Under the pieces are notes generated by a model. That model had not been told where the DNA came from. It worked only from the letters and a program-made list of their open reading frames with translations, and searched no databases. From Chthoniobacterales bacterium (GTDB taxonomy: Bacteria; Verrucomicrobiota; Verrucomicrobiia; Chthoniobacterales; JAFAMB01), in NCBI GenBank assembly GCA_035484035.1, contig DATHPI010000119.1:1-49305 (forward strand): DNA of 49,305 nucleotides. Direction: 5' to 3'. Positions 29,327-38,875 of this stretch are shown here, piece after piece (the stretch's first letter is position 1; each line of letters begins with the position of its first letter). Both the position numbers and the translations under genes were made by a program.

Positions 29327-29788
29327 TTGCGTCCATTGTGGTCAGTGAGCCGAAAAACCCGAACATTTCGCCTACGCCTTCTTGAGGGACAGATCGGCGA
29401 AGTGGCCTACCAGATCACCAAGGTCCATTTCTCTAATTTTCATGATTCCGGGGTGCAGTGGCGTCCTCCGATCAACGTGTTTCAATGCGCTTCCTGCTTT
29501 CGGATTTGCGTCGAAATGGCTGGCGTTGAGCCCGATCAGATTGAATTCGAAGTAGGGTTGGACCGAATCTGGATTCGAGGCTACCGCGAAGCGCCTGAAC
29601 CACTGCAGCAACTGGAGATGCCTTTTTCAACGACGCGCAAGCCGGTCCGAGTCGTTGCCATGGAGATTGACCATGGCCAGTTTGAGCGGGAGGTGGAAGT
29701 TCCCGCTGGCTACGACCCACGAAGAATTACTACCGAGTGGGAAAATGGTCTTTTGTGGATCTTCCTGCCACGAACCGCGCATGCCTGA
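29327..29788 (+). CDS. Hsp20/alpha-crystallin family small heat-shock protein (start uncertain)
   Basis: The alpha-crystallin pattern is WRPPINVFQ..., ICVEMAGVEPDQIEFEV, IWIRGYRE, HGQFEREVEVPAGYDPRRITTEWENGLLWIFLPR. There is no in-frame ATG before the domain, so a TTG/GTG start somewhere in 29327-29400 is needed. Confidence 0.85.
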   Translation: MRPLWSVSRKTRTFRLRLLEGQIGEVAYQITKVHFSNFHDSGVQWRPPINVFQCASCFRICVEMAGVEPDQIEFEVGLDRIWIRGYREAPEPLQQLEMPFSTTRKPVRVVAMEIDHGQFEREVEVPAGYDPRRITTEWENGLLWIFLPRTAHA

Positions 29789-29854
29789 GGCACCGGGGCT
29801 TCTCGCGTCCTTCAGCAGGGCCAATATTCTAACGTATCCCTCCCCTAACATTTC

Positions 29855-32326
29855 ATGAGCTCAGAGCAGCCAGAGCAACAAGATTTACACGACCCCGTTT
29901 TAAGCAAAGCACCGGATAATAGTGCCGCCGTTGATCCGGCTCTCGATACGACGAACTCAAGCCATGCGGACCCCGCCGGGGAGGCTTCACAGAACGAGCC
30001 GAACGAGACACTCGCGATTTTGCCCGTCCGGGGAATTGTTTTGTTTCCCGGAATGGTTGTACCACTCACCATTGGACGCCCGGCCGCGATCAAGCTGGTC
30101 GATTCTGAATTGCCGGAAAATAAGCACCTTGGATTGGTGACCCAGCGAGATGAGAGTTTGGATCGGCCCGAGCCTTCCGATCTTCACCGTATCGGGGTCT
30201 CGGCCCAGGTCCTGAAGCTGATTCGCCAACCGGACGGAGCGATTATCTTGATCGTCCAGGTTCTAAAACGGATCGCTTTGGAGTCGTTCGTGCAAACGGA
30301 GCCCTACCTCCGCGCCATCGTCCAGACCGTCAAAACAGTCATTCCTGAAAAGGAAGACGCTCAATTGCAAGCTTCCTTTAACAATCTCCGACGAGGCGCT
30401 TTGAGGTTGTTAGAACTCTCTCCCGAAATACCGGACCAGGCGCGCGCCGCACTGGTTGGGGTGGAAGACCCCGAGCAGTTGACCGATCTGTTAGCCGGTA
30501 ATCTTGGGATTGACCTGGCGACCAAACAGCGAATTCTAGAAGAGACCGATCTGTTGCGCCGGATGCTTACGGCACAGGAGGCGCTCCAACGCCAGCTTGA
30601 GATTGCGGAGTTACAGCAAAAATTACGAAAAGATGTCGAGGGTCAATTTTCCGACACGCAACGTCGAGCATATCTTCGTGAACAGCTCCGGGCGATCCAA
30701 CGAGAGCTTGGCGAAGAGGAAGCCGAAGGAGAAGAGCAGGCGGATTTGCTCCGCAAGAAGCTTCAAGATTCCGGAGCGAACCAGGACGTTCTCGCCGCTG
30801 CGGATAAGGAGTTGAAGCGTCTGAGCCACATCCCAAGCGCCAGCCCCGAATACTCCGTAATTGTTTCTTACGTCGAGATGTTGGCGGATCTGCCTTGGAA
30901 TAAGTCGACAGACGATAATACCGATCTTGGGCGGGCCCAAGAAATCCTCGATCGCGACCACTACGGCCTGGAAAAAGTAAAGCGTCGCATCGTGGAGTTC
31001 CTTGCCGTGCGGAAGCTGAATCCGAGCGGACGGAGCCCGATCCTTTGTTTTCTCGGCCCGCCAGGAGTCGGTAAGACGAGTCTTGGCCAATCGATCGCGG
31101 ATGCGCTCGGCAGAAAATTCACTCGCATATCTCTCGGAGGAATTCGCGATGAAGCGGAGATACGCGGTCATCGCAGAACCTACATTGGCGCGATGCCGGG
31201 GCGCATCATTCAGGAGATTCGCAGAGCTGGGGTTCGCAATCCGGTGATGATGCTGGACGAGGTTGACAAAATCGGGTCCGACATGCGCGGCGATCCCGCG
31301 AGCGCACTCCTCGAAGTGCTTGATCCACGGCAGAATCACAGTTTCGGAGATCGTTACCTGGATGTGCCATTTGATTTAAGCCATGTAATTTTTATTTGCA
31401 CCGCGAATTACATGGAAGGCATTCCATCTCCACTGCGCGACCGGTTGGAGACGATTGCCGTGTCGGGCTATACCGAGGTGGAAAAACTGAACATCGCAAG
31501 GCGATACCTTGTTCCCAGACAAATCGAGGAACATGGATTGGGGGCCGACCAATGCAAATTCGATGAAGACGCTATCAGGGTGATCATTCAGGAATACACC
31601 TATGAAGCCGGCGTTCGTGACCTTGAACGAAAAATTGCCGCCGTCTGTCGAAGCATCGCTGCCGAGATCGCTCGTGGTGTTCGAGCCGACGTCACAGTCA
31701 CTGCGAACCTGGTGCGAGGAATCCTGGGAAACTCCGCTCGCAGCGAGCATGAGCAGCGTTTATCACAGAGTCTCGTTGGCGTGGTCACCGGCTTGGCCTA
31801 TACCCCAACAGGAGGCGATATCCTGTTCGTCGAGGCAACGAAATATCCGGGTAAAGGGGGATTTTTGTTAACGGGTCAGGTGGGGGACGTGATGCGCGAA
31901 TCGATGCAAGCGGCTTACAGCTTGGTCCGCGCCCGCGCGAAGGATCTCGGCATCAACTCCGAATTGTTCGCGCAAAATGATGTGCATATCCATGTGCCGA
32001 GCGGTGCCATTCAAAAAGACGGCCCGAGCGCCGGTGTGGCAATAACCACTGCACTCGCCAGCCTTTTTGGCGACTGTCCGGTCCGTAACGACGTCGCAAT
32101 GACCGGCGAGATCACGCTTCGCGGGGTGGTGCTTCCGATCGGCGGCCTCAAAGAAAAGAGTCTGGCCGCGCTGAGGGCAGGGATTGCAGAGATCATCATT
32201 CCGAAGGGAAACGTCAAAGATCTCGACGATATCCCTCTGGAGGCGAAGGAGCGGCTTCGCTTTCGGCCGGTTGAAACGATTGATGAAGTGCTCGCCATCG
32301 CGTTGATACGGAACGCCCCTCAATAA
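29855..32326 (+). CDS. lon: ATP-dependent Lon protease (endopeptidase La)
   Basis: 823 aa with the LON N-domain (LAILPVRGIVLFPGMVVPLTIGR), Walker A GPPGVGKTS, catalytic Ser in KDGPSAGVA and Lys in GGLKEKSLAA. Confidence 0.97.
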   Translation: MSSEQPEQQDLHDPVLSKAPDNSAAVDPALDTTNSSHADPAGEASQNEPNETLAILPVRGIVLFPGMVVPLTIGRPAAIKLVDSELPENKHLGLVTQRDESLDRPEPSDLHRIGVSAQVLKLIRQPDGAIILIVQVLKRIALESFVQTEPYLRAIVQTVKTVIPEKEDAQLQASFNNLRRGALRLLELSPEIPDQARAALVGVEDPEQLTDLLAGNLGIDLATKQRILEETDLLRRMLTAQEALQRQLEIAELQQKLRKDVEGQFSDTQRRAYLREQLRAIQRELGEEEAEGEEQADLLRKKLQDSGANQDVLAAADKELKRLSHIPSASPEYSVIVSYVEMLADLPWNKSTDDNTDLGRAQEILDRDHYGLEKVKRRIVEFLAVRKLNPSGRSPILCFLGPPGVGKTSLGQSIADALGRKFTRISLGGIRDEAEIRGHRRTYIGAMPGRIIQEIRRAGVRNPVMMLDEVDKIGSDMRGDPASALLEVLDPRQNHSFGDRYLDVPFDLSHVIFICTANYMEGIPSPLRDRLETIAVSGYTEVEKLNIARRYLVPRQIEEHGLGADQCKFDEDAIRVIIQEYTYEAGVRDLERKIAAVCRSIAAEIARGVRADVTVTANLVRGILGNSARSEHEQRLSQSLVGVVTGLAYTPTGGDILFVEATKYPGKGGFLLTGQVGDVMRESMQAAYSLVRARAKDLGINSELFAQNDVHIHVPSGAIQKDGPSAGVAITTALASLFGDCPVRNDVAMTGEITLRGVVLPIGGLKEKSLAALRAGIAEIIIPKGNVKDLDDIPLEAKERLRFRPVETIDEVLAIALIRNAPQ

Positions 32327-32375
32327 TCCTAACGATAAGGTTTATGGGGTAACGTTATAGAGCGAGGCCAAGCAT

Positions 32376-33209
32376 TCATTCGGACTGCGATGCACAATAT
32401 GACAACGCTTCAACGTCCTCGTTGAAAGGAACTCTAGTGTACGCATCCATACCACCGAGTAATTGTTGTATGCTATCGAAGCCGTTGGCTTGAAGCCAGC
32501 TCGACGCCGCCGCGCTCTGATATCCGTCCTGACAGACAACCACCAGCGGATTAGAGAAAGAGAGCTCCGCTGCACGCGCCGGAAGTTGCACCAACGGGAT
32601 ATTTCGGGAACCCGGGATCCCATTTGATTTCCATTCATCAGGAGATCTGATGTCAAGAATCGCAGGTTTGCCCCCCCGGGACAGCGTCGAATAAAGGTCA
32701 AGGACGTTTAACTGGGTAAGTTGATGCAGCTCCGGAAGATCGCCGGCTGCGATGAATCCCGCGACGTTTTCGAACCCGGCCCGAGCCAGGTCTATTTGAG
32801 CTTTTCTTGCGTCCTCCGGTTTATCCACCACCAGCACAGTCTGACCTTGCTTCGGCACGAACAGGCTGATGCAGGCAACGAAACTGCGACCCCCTAATCC
32901 GACATTTAAACTGCCCGGAAAATGCCCTTTAGCGAACCGCATTCCAAGTCGTACATCGACCACCGCGGCCCCGGAAGCCGACCTTGTTTTCAGTTCCCCT
33001 CCAGTCATTCTTACCAGTTTCGACTCGTCAACCAAACCCTTCAGGCGAAATCGTTTCAAAAACATCTTTCCCAATCTCCTTTGTCCAGACCAGCTGTAGC
33101 ACGGTTCAGCCAGATTGACCACCGTCCCCCTCTTACCCAATCGGGTGAGCTTCGACGCCAGTGCGAGACATTTCACCGGCGAGCGCCAAACGCCGGCCAG
33201 ACTTTTCAT
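32376..33209 (-). CDS. Tandem rhodanese-domain sulfurtransferase-like protein
   Basis: 277 aa with two rhodanese-like halves. The first lacks the catalytic Cys (TVLVVDKPEDARKA). The second has a CQDGYQS active-site loop. The N-terminal ~50 aa are poorly protein-like, so the true start may be internal. Confidence 0.7.
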   Translation of the reverse strand: MKSLAGVWRSPVKCLALASKLTRLGKRGTVVNLAEPCYSWSGQRRLGKMFLKRFRLKGLVDESKLVRMTGGELKTRSASGAAVVDVRLGMRFAKGHFPGSLNVGLGGRSFVACISLFVPKQGQTVLVVDKPEDARKAQIDLARAGFENVAGFIAAGDLPELHQLTQLNVLDLYSTLSRGGKPAILDIRSPDEWKSNGIPGSRNIPLVQLPARAAELSFSNPLVVVCQDGYQSAAASSWLQANGFDSIQQLLGGMDAYTRVPFNEDVEALSYCASQSE

Positions 33210-33227
33210 TCTCCAACTCCCGAACTC

Positions 33228-34013
33228 CTACGCGAAGTGCTCTAGCCGGACCACCAGCATTGGTTCCTGGAAAGCCATCACGCGGCCGGTCGGGTCAAAT
33301 TCCAGCCCGAGCGAATCGCGCACTGACGGAGGCGCCTGCGCTGCATGTTCGACTAAAGCAGATATCACCGAGTCGCTGCAACCCGCCGCTTCCACCCACC
33401 AATCGAACTCAAGTCGATAGGGAACAAGTCGATGCTCGATCCATCTCAGGCGGGCCCGCATCACCTCTTCGCGCCACTGCTCAATCGTTCGCTGCACAAA
33501 GTGCGACGGATCACGCGTGCGTTCCCAGTAATCGACCCATTCAAAAACATCCGCCGATGCCGAAACCTGGTCAGACAAGACAAATCGACCGAGGGGCGCC
33601 ATCACTCGGCGGACCTCCGACAAGAACTGAGGGACATTGTGAAAATGATGAGGAGCATGCCGTGCCGTCACCAGCGAGAATTGCCCGTCCTCCAGAGGCA
33701 TCTTTTCGGCTGAACCTTCGATGAATGCGCAATTGCCGATCCCTTGCTCGGCTGCGAGTCGGCGGGCTTGTTCAAGCATTTTAGGTGCGATGTCAATTCC
33801 GATTGTTTTCGCAACGAGACGGGCGACCGCTAACGCGGTATGTCCTGTTCCAGTGGCGACATCAAGGGACTGATCACTTGGAACCGGCTGGGCGAGTTCC
33901 AATAGAACGGGCAGACTCGGGCCTGCCCGGTGAACGTTGCTGACCGCGTACTTTTCGGCATTGGCGTTGAATTGATCCTTACTGGAACGAGGCGTCATCC
34001 GGAATATCTCCAA
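33228..34013 (-). CDS. Class I SAM-dependent methyltransferase (Methyltransf_11/YcgJ-like)
   Basis: 261 aa with motif I LDVATGTGHTALAVA and a post-I acidic residue in GIDIAPKML. Confidence 0.85.
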   Translation of the reverse strand: MEIFRMTPRSSKDQFNANAEKYAVSNVHRAGPSLPVLLELAQPVPSDQSLDVATGTGHTALAVARLVAKTIGIDIAPKMLEQARRLAAEQGIGNCAFIEGSAEKMPLEDGQFSLVTARHAPHHFHNVPQFLSEVRRVMAPLGRFVLSDQVSASADVFEWVDYWERTRDPSHFVQRTIEQWREEVMRARLRWIEHRLVPYRLEFDWWVEAAGCSDSVISALVEHAAQAPPSVRDSLGLEFDPTGRVMAFQEPMLVVRLEHFA

Positions 34014-34064
34014 ATCGAATTTCGAACAAATCTCCCTCAGTCTGGCTAGAACCGAGGTTAGACA

Positions 34065-34571
34065 CTACGTGTCGAGATGAACCAATTCGACCACAAACTT
34101 TTGTTCTTCGAAGGCCACCTTCGCGAAGGAAACAGGCAAACGAAATCGCCTGGGTCCGATGCTGCCAGGGTTGACGTACAGAACGCCCCGCCTCCGATCG
34201 ATTTTTGGCTGGTGCGAGTGGCCTGAGACCACCATCGCCAGTCCAGCGCTCGCCGGGTCAAGATCCAAAAGACTCAGATCGTGCAGCACATAGATGAATT
34301 GATGGTTCACGGAAATCAATTCGGTCGGAGGCAAAAAGGCCAAGTCGTGATCGACGTTTCCTCGCACCGCGACAACCGGTGCAATCGTTTCCAGGCGTTG
34401 CAGCAGGCTGCGAGGGCCGACGTCGCCGGCATGCACGATCAGATCAAACCGCTCCAGCGCTTCAGCCACCGAATCGCGAAGCAGCCCGTGTGTATCGGAA
34501 ATAAGGGCCAGAGATTTAATCGAGCCAAACTGCCGGGGCTCGCCAGAATTCAAGAAAGCACTTTGCACCAT
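34065..34571 (-). CDS. YfcE/MJ0936-family metallophosphoesterase
   Basis: 168 aa with ordered motifs LISDTHG, HAGDV, RGNVD, SGHSH, which are typical of the small phosphodiesterase family. Confidence 0.85.
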   Translation of the reverse strand: MVQSAFLNSGEPRQFGSIKSLALISDTHGLLRDSVAEALERFDLIVHAGDVGPRSLLQRLETIAPVVAVRGNVDHDLAFLPPTELISVNHQFIYVLHDLSLLDLDPASAGLAMVVSGHSHQPKIDRRRGVLYVNPGSIGPRRFRLPVSFAKVAFEEQKFVVELVHLDT

Positions 34572-34627
34572 GCGCTAAAGCGGATGTTTTCGACCCTCAC
34601 CGAACCGATCGAAAACCAGTTTCTTCC

Positions 34628-35383
<756 letters not shown>

Positions 35384-35407
35384 CTACCTTGTTAGAAAAC
35401 ACGTTGA

Positions 35408-35497
35408 CAGAAGTTCAAGAGTTACAGAATGCATTCAAGCCGTAAACTGGCAACCGTCCAAGTCGGAAAATCCTGAACTCCAAATCCTGAACTTCTG
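35408..35497. repeat. Hairpin-forming dispersed element with conserved core (copy 2 of the AACTCCTG family)
   Basis: The ends cagaagttcaag (35408) and cctgaacttctg (35486) are complementary in 11 of 12 positions. The core gttacagaatgcattcaagccgtaaactggcaaccgtccaagtcggaaaatcctg closely matches the core of the 36554-36644 element. Confidence 0.8.
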
Positions 35498-35505
35498 AAT
35501 TAACG

Positions 35506-36549
35506 ATGACCCCCGACACCGGGACACCCGGCAAGTTATCTTTCAACGCTTCTTCGCGATCCGCGGTTGCATCCTGGATCCTTACCGGCATCGCCCTGTT
35601 TCTCGTGCTGAAACTCCACTTGCTTTCGGCCCTGCTGGCCGGCCTGCTGATTCACGAGCTGGTGCGTCTGCTGGCTCCGCTAGTCGAAAAACGGCTGTCA
35701 AGCAAGGGCGCTCGTCTGGTGGCTTTGGCTACGCTGTCAATCATTACGGTTGCCCTTCTCATGCTGTTCACTTTGGGGATATTCGCCTTCTTCAAAAGTG
35801 ACACCGGAAATCTAGAGGCGCTGCTCGATAAAACAGACCACATCCTCACGGACGCGCGTACCAAGCTCCCCCCCTGGATTGTGGACAGCTTGCCTAGCAA
35901 CGTGGATGCCCTGAAGTCGTTCGCCGGCGATTGGGTTGACGAACATTCCAAAGAGATTCAGCACGCCGGAAAAGAACTCATGCATTTCTTCGTTCGCAGC
36001 CTGGTGGGCATGGTGATCGGAGCATTGATTTCGCTGCACGAGGAGGGCCCGGCCATCAACCAGAGGCTCCCGTTCGCAGCCGCTCTTTCTGCACGCGTCT
36101 TCCGATTCGCCCGTGCTTTCCGGCAGATTATCTTTGCCCAGGTGAAAATCTCCGCCATCAATACCGTTTTTACCGCGATTTTCCTGGCCGGGCTACTACC
36201 CGCTTTCGGGATCCATCTACCGCTGAGCAAGACACTCATTGCCGTCACCTTCCTCGCGGGCTTGCTTCCGGTGATCGGCAACCTGATCTCAAACTCACTT
36301 ATCTTCGTCGCGGGCCTCTCGATCTCAGTCTACGTCGCAATCGTTGCCCTGATTTTTTTAGTGGTCATTCACAAACTGGAATATTTTCTCAACGCGCGCA
36401 TTGTAGGCACCCGAATCCAAGCTAGCGCCTGGGAATTGTTGCTCGCTATGCTCGTCCTGGAGGTGGCCTTCGGTATCGCAGGACTTATTGCTGCGCCGAT
36501 CTACTATGCGTACATCAAGAGCGAACTGTCGGACGCAGGACTGATTTAA
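35506..36549 (+). CDS. AI-2E family transporter (PerM/UPF0118)
   Basis: 347 aa with about 8 TM helices. The C-terminal LPVIGNLISNSLIF...HKLEYFLNARIVG pattern is typical of the family. Confidence 0.82.
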   Translation: MTPDTGTPGKLSFNASSRSAVASWILTGIALFLVLKLHLLSALLAGLLIHELVRLLAPLVEKRLSSKGARLVALATLSIITVALLMLFTLGIFAFFKSDTGNLEALLDKTDHILTDARTKLPPWIVDSLPSNVDALKSFAGDWVDEHSKEIQHAGKELMHFFVRSLVGMVIGALISLHEEGPAINQRLPFAAALSARVFRFARAFRQIIFAQVKISAINTVFTAIFLAGLLPAFGIHLPLSKTLIAVTFLAGLLPVIGNLISNSLIFVAGLSISVYVAIVALIFLVVIHKLEYFLNARIVGTRIQASAWELLLAMLVLEVAFGIAGLIAAPIYYAYIKSELSDAGLI

Positions 36550-36553
36550 AAAA

Positions 36554-36644
36554 GGAGTTCAGGAGTTACAGAATGAGTCAAGCCGTGAGCTGGCAACCGT
36601 CGGAGTCAGAAATCCTGTTCTTCATTCTGTAACTCCTGAACTCC
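36554..36644. repeat. Perfect 23-bp inverted repeat with 45-nt conserved loop (copy 3 of the AACTCCTG family); terminator-like position between convergent genes
   Basis: ggagttcaggagttacagaatga (36554-36576) is the exact reverse complement of tcattctgtaactcctgaactcc (36622-36644). It is followed by tgcaactcctg. No U-tract follows on either strand. Confidence 0.9.
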
Positions 36645-36659
36645 TGCAACTCCTGTCTT

Positions 36660-36824
36660 TCAGTGCCCGAATCTACCGATGCTGAACTGCATGAGGTGGA
36701 CCTTTTCCGCGAGCCAGGTCATCACAAGCAGGTAAACCGTCAGCAACACGGCCGCCATCCCGAACCCTGCCACCGGCACTGCTAAATGTTCCCGATAAAA
36801 CTTCCTAAATTCATCTTTATTCAT
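36660..36824 (-). CDS. Hypothetical small single-pass membrane protein (54 aa from ATG 36824)
   Basis: MNKDEFRKFYREHLAVPVAGFGMAAVLLTVYLLVMTWLAEKVHLMQFSIGRFGH has one clear TM helix. The longer 86-aa ORF (to 36920) has an Arg-rich, implausible N-terminus. There is no family recognition. Confidence 0.35.
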   Translation of the reverse strand: MNKDEFRKFYREHLAVPVAGFGMAAVLLTVYLLVMTWLAEKVHLMQFSIGRFGH

Positions 36825-37019
36825 GAGATCACACCTATGCCGCCTGAAGCGTGTCGTCTGCTCTTTGGAGTACCACGGGCGAATTTTCGATATCGTCCTG
36901 TTCCGGGAAGCTATAGTCAATCATCGAATCTGGATTGTTTCTCTTGGCCGGCTTTTGTAAAGCCCTCACCTGCCTGATGAAAAACTATCCACTTGGAAAC
37001 ATCCCTGATCACCCCTCCT

Positions 37020-37943
37020 ATGAGCCTTAAAGTTGCCGATTCAAAATCGATCGATGCCAAAGCGGTTTGTCTTTTCTGTGCTGTGACCTTCGGTTTGGGT
37101 TTGTCGATGGCTTTACCGCTTTGGCTAAGTGGCCTGGGATTACGGACGCCAACGGCGCGCATTTTTTTAACCTTGATGATGTTTGCGCCGGCAGTCGGAG
37201 TGCTGGTCGTCAGACTTTTTTGTCCAAAATCGGTCATCCCGCTCATCCCGACCACGGGGCTGGGAATCGGCCCCCGGCCGCAGCCTCTCGGATACTGGCT
37301 CTTCGCCTGGTTCGGTTTTACGATCATCGGACTCGCGACACCGTTTATTGGAGTGCTTCTAGGCATGTTCCATCTCGATCTCGAGAGTTTCTCAGGATAC
37401 CGCCATCTCTTGCTGCAACGCCCCGATGGCGCCGCAGCTTTAGCCCGATTTTCAGTGCAAAAAATGGCCCTCATCCAATTGGGAGCGCTCCTCATTGCCC
37501 CCGCATTAAATGCCATCTTTTCGTTTGGTGAAGAATGGGGCTGGCGCGGATTCTTGCTGCCAAAGCTCTTGCCGTTAGGCCAATGGCCGGCACTCCTCTG
37601 GACGGGAACGCTGTCCGGACTCTGGTATTCGCCGGTCATTCTACTAGGATACAATTATCCTTCTCATCCGAAATTCGGCATTGTCCTGATGACCATTTTT
37701 TGCGTCATCTTCGGAGTCCTCTTTGGTTGGCTGCGTTTGGCAACAGGAAGTATCTGGCCGGCAGCGATTGGCCATGGAGCGCTCAACGCCGTCGGAGTGA
37801 TTCCCTACGTGGTGGCGGATGGAAACTACCCTATCGATACCGCGCACGTCACTATTTTGGGTTGGACAGGATGGATTTTGCCTCTGCTCGTTATCCTTCT
37901 CCTGGTCATCTTAAAACGTCTCCCGGTGTCCGAACCTAGATGA
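37020..37943 (+). CDS. CPBP family intramembrane glutamic endopeptidase (CAAX protease/Abi-like)
   Basis: Polytopic. It has motif 1 EEWGWRGFL (EExxxR), FGWLR, and motif 3 AAIGHGALNA (HxxxN). ATG 37020 is preferred over TTG 36993. Confidence 0.85.
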   Translation: MSLKVADSKSIDAKAVCLFCAVTFGLGLSMALPLWLSGLGLRTPTARIFLTLMMFAPAVGVLVVRLFCPKSVIPLIPTTGLGIGPRPQPLGYWLFAWFGFTIIGLATPFIGVLLGMFHLDLESFSGYRHLLLQRPDGAAALARFSVQKMALIQLGALLIAPALNAIFSFGEEWGWRGFLLPKLLPLGQWPALLWTGTLSGLWYSPVILLGYNYPSHPKFGIVLMTIFCVIFGVLFGWLRLATGSIWPAAIGHGALNAVGVIPYVVADGNYPIDTAHVTILGWTGWILPLLVILLLVILKRLPVSEPR

Positions 37944-38035
37944 TGCGACGTCTCCACATAAAATTGCGCCGATCTTACGGCCCGAAAAGTACCCTATCGC
38001 GCTCGTTCTCATCCTCGTCCGTATATCCTGGGTCA

Positions 38036-38710
38036 CTAAGGATAGAATACCATCGGCGGACCGTAAGGCGGAAATTCCGGCCCATACGGAGGCCCATATG
38101 GGTAATCGATGATGATGTACCTTCTGTAATGGTGCTGATAAGAAAGTCTGTGCGATCTGTGATGCTCCTGGCTCGCTGTCCTGTGCACCCTTGAATGATG
38201 AAAGGCAGTTCGCGCGGGCGAACTGTGGGAGCCGGAGACCTCGTGCATTTGTGTTTCCTCATACGTCTCGATTGACGACTTGAGATTCGGATCGAGCTTT
38301 CGCATTTGAGATGCCACCGCAACGTAGTAGGCTCGGAAATAAAGATGGCGAGCGGCGGAATTCGAACTATGTCTCGCACGCTTCAGCAGGTAAGCAGCCC
38401 GGGGACTGTTCATTGCCAAAGACCGAATCTCGTCGAATCGCCCTGAGCTTTTCGACGTAGCCTCGGGCGCCGCTCCCTCCGGCGACAACTTCGATGGTAC
38501 CTCGGGCGGCAGCCGCGCCGGAAGCTCGCCCGATTCCGGCAACAAACCGGTCTCAGGATTCGACTGCCCGGGATCAGGCACTGGAAGAGCAGGCTCTTCC
38601 ATTTCGCTGGTGCTCCCGCTCGGAGAGGGTGATGGCAAGGGCGAATCTTCGGCGCTGACCGTTGCCAAACCAGCCGCTAGAGCGAACGAGATAATTACCT
38701 TCCATTTCAT
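38036..38710 (-). CDS. Hypothetical secreted protein, Pro/Ser-rich N-half and His/Tyr/Pro-rich C-terminus
   Basis: 224 aa with signal peptide MKWKVIISFALAAGLATVSA. The C-terminus is ...HHSRVHRTASQEHHRSHRLSYQHHYRRYIIIDYPYGPPYGPEFPPYGPPMVFYP. No family was recognised. Confidence 0.6.
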   Translation of the reverse strand: MKWKVIISFALAAGLATVSAEDSPLPSPSPSGSTSEMEEPALPVPDPGQSNPETGLLPESGELPARLPPEVPSKLSPEGAAPEATSKSSGRFDEIRSLAMNSPRAAYLLKRARHSSNSAARHLYFRAYYVAVASQMRKLDPNLKSSIETYEETQMHEVSGSHSSPARTAFHHSRVHRTASQEHHRSHRLSYQHHYRRYIIIDYPYGPPYGPEFPPYGPPMVFYP

Positions 38711-38875
38711 GCCTGCGAATCAAATCTTCGATCATCTTGCCGGATTTATCCGCAGACCGCAAGGCGGGGATCGGCATACCTGAAAGGTGTCCTCACCTGG
38801 AAGCCCATCGACGCCATGGGTTGGTTAAGTTAATCTGGCGAAGATTCATCGCCTTACACGCTCAACCCGCCGATC

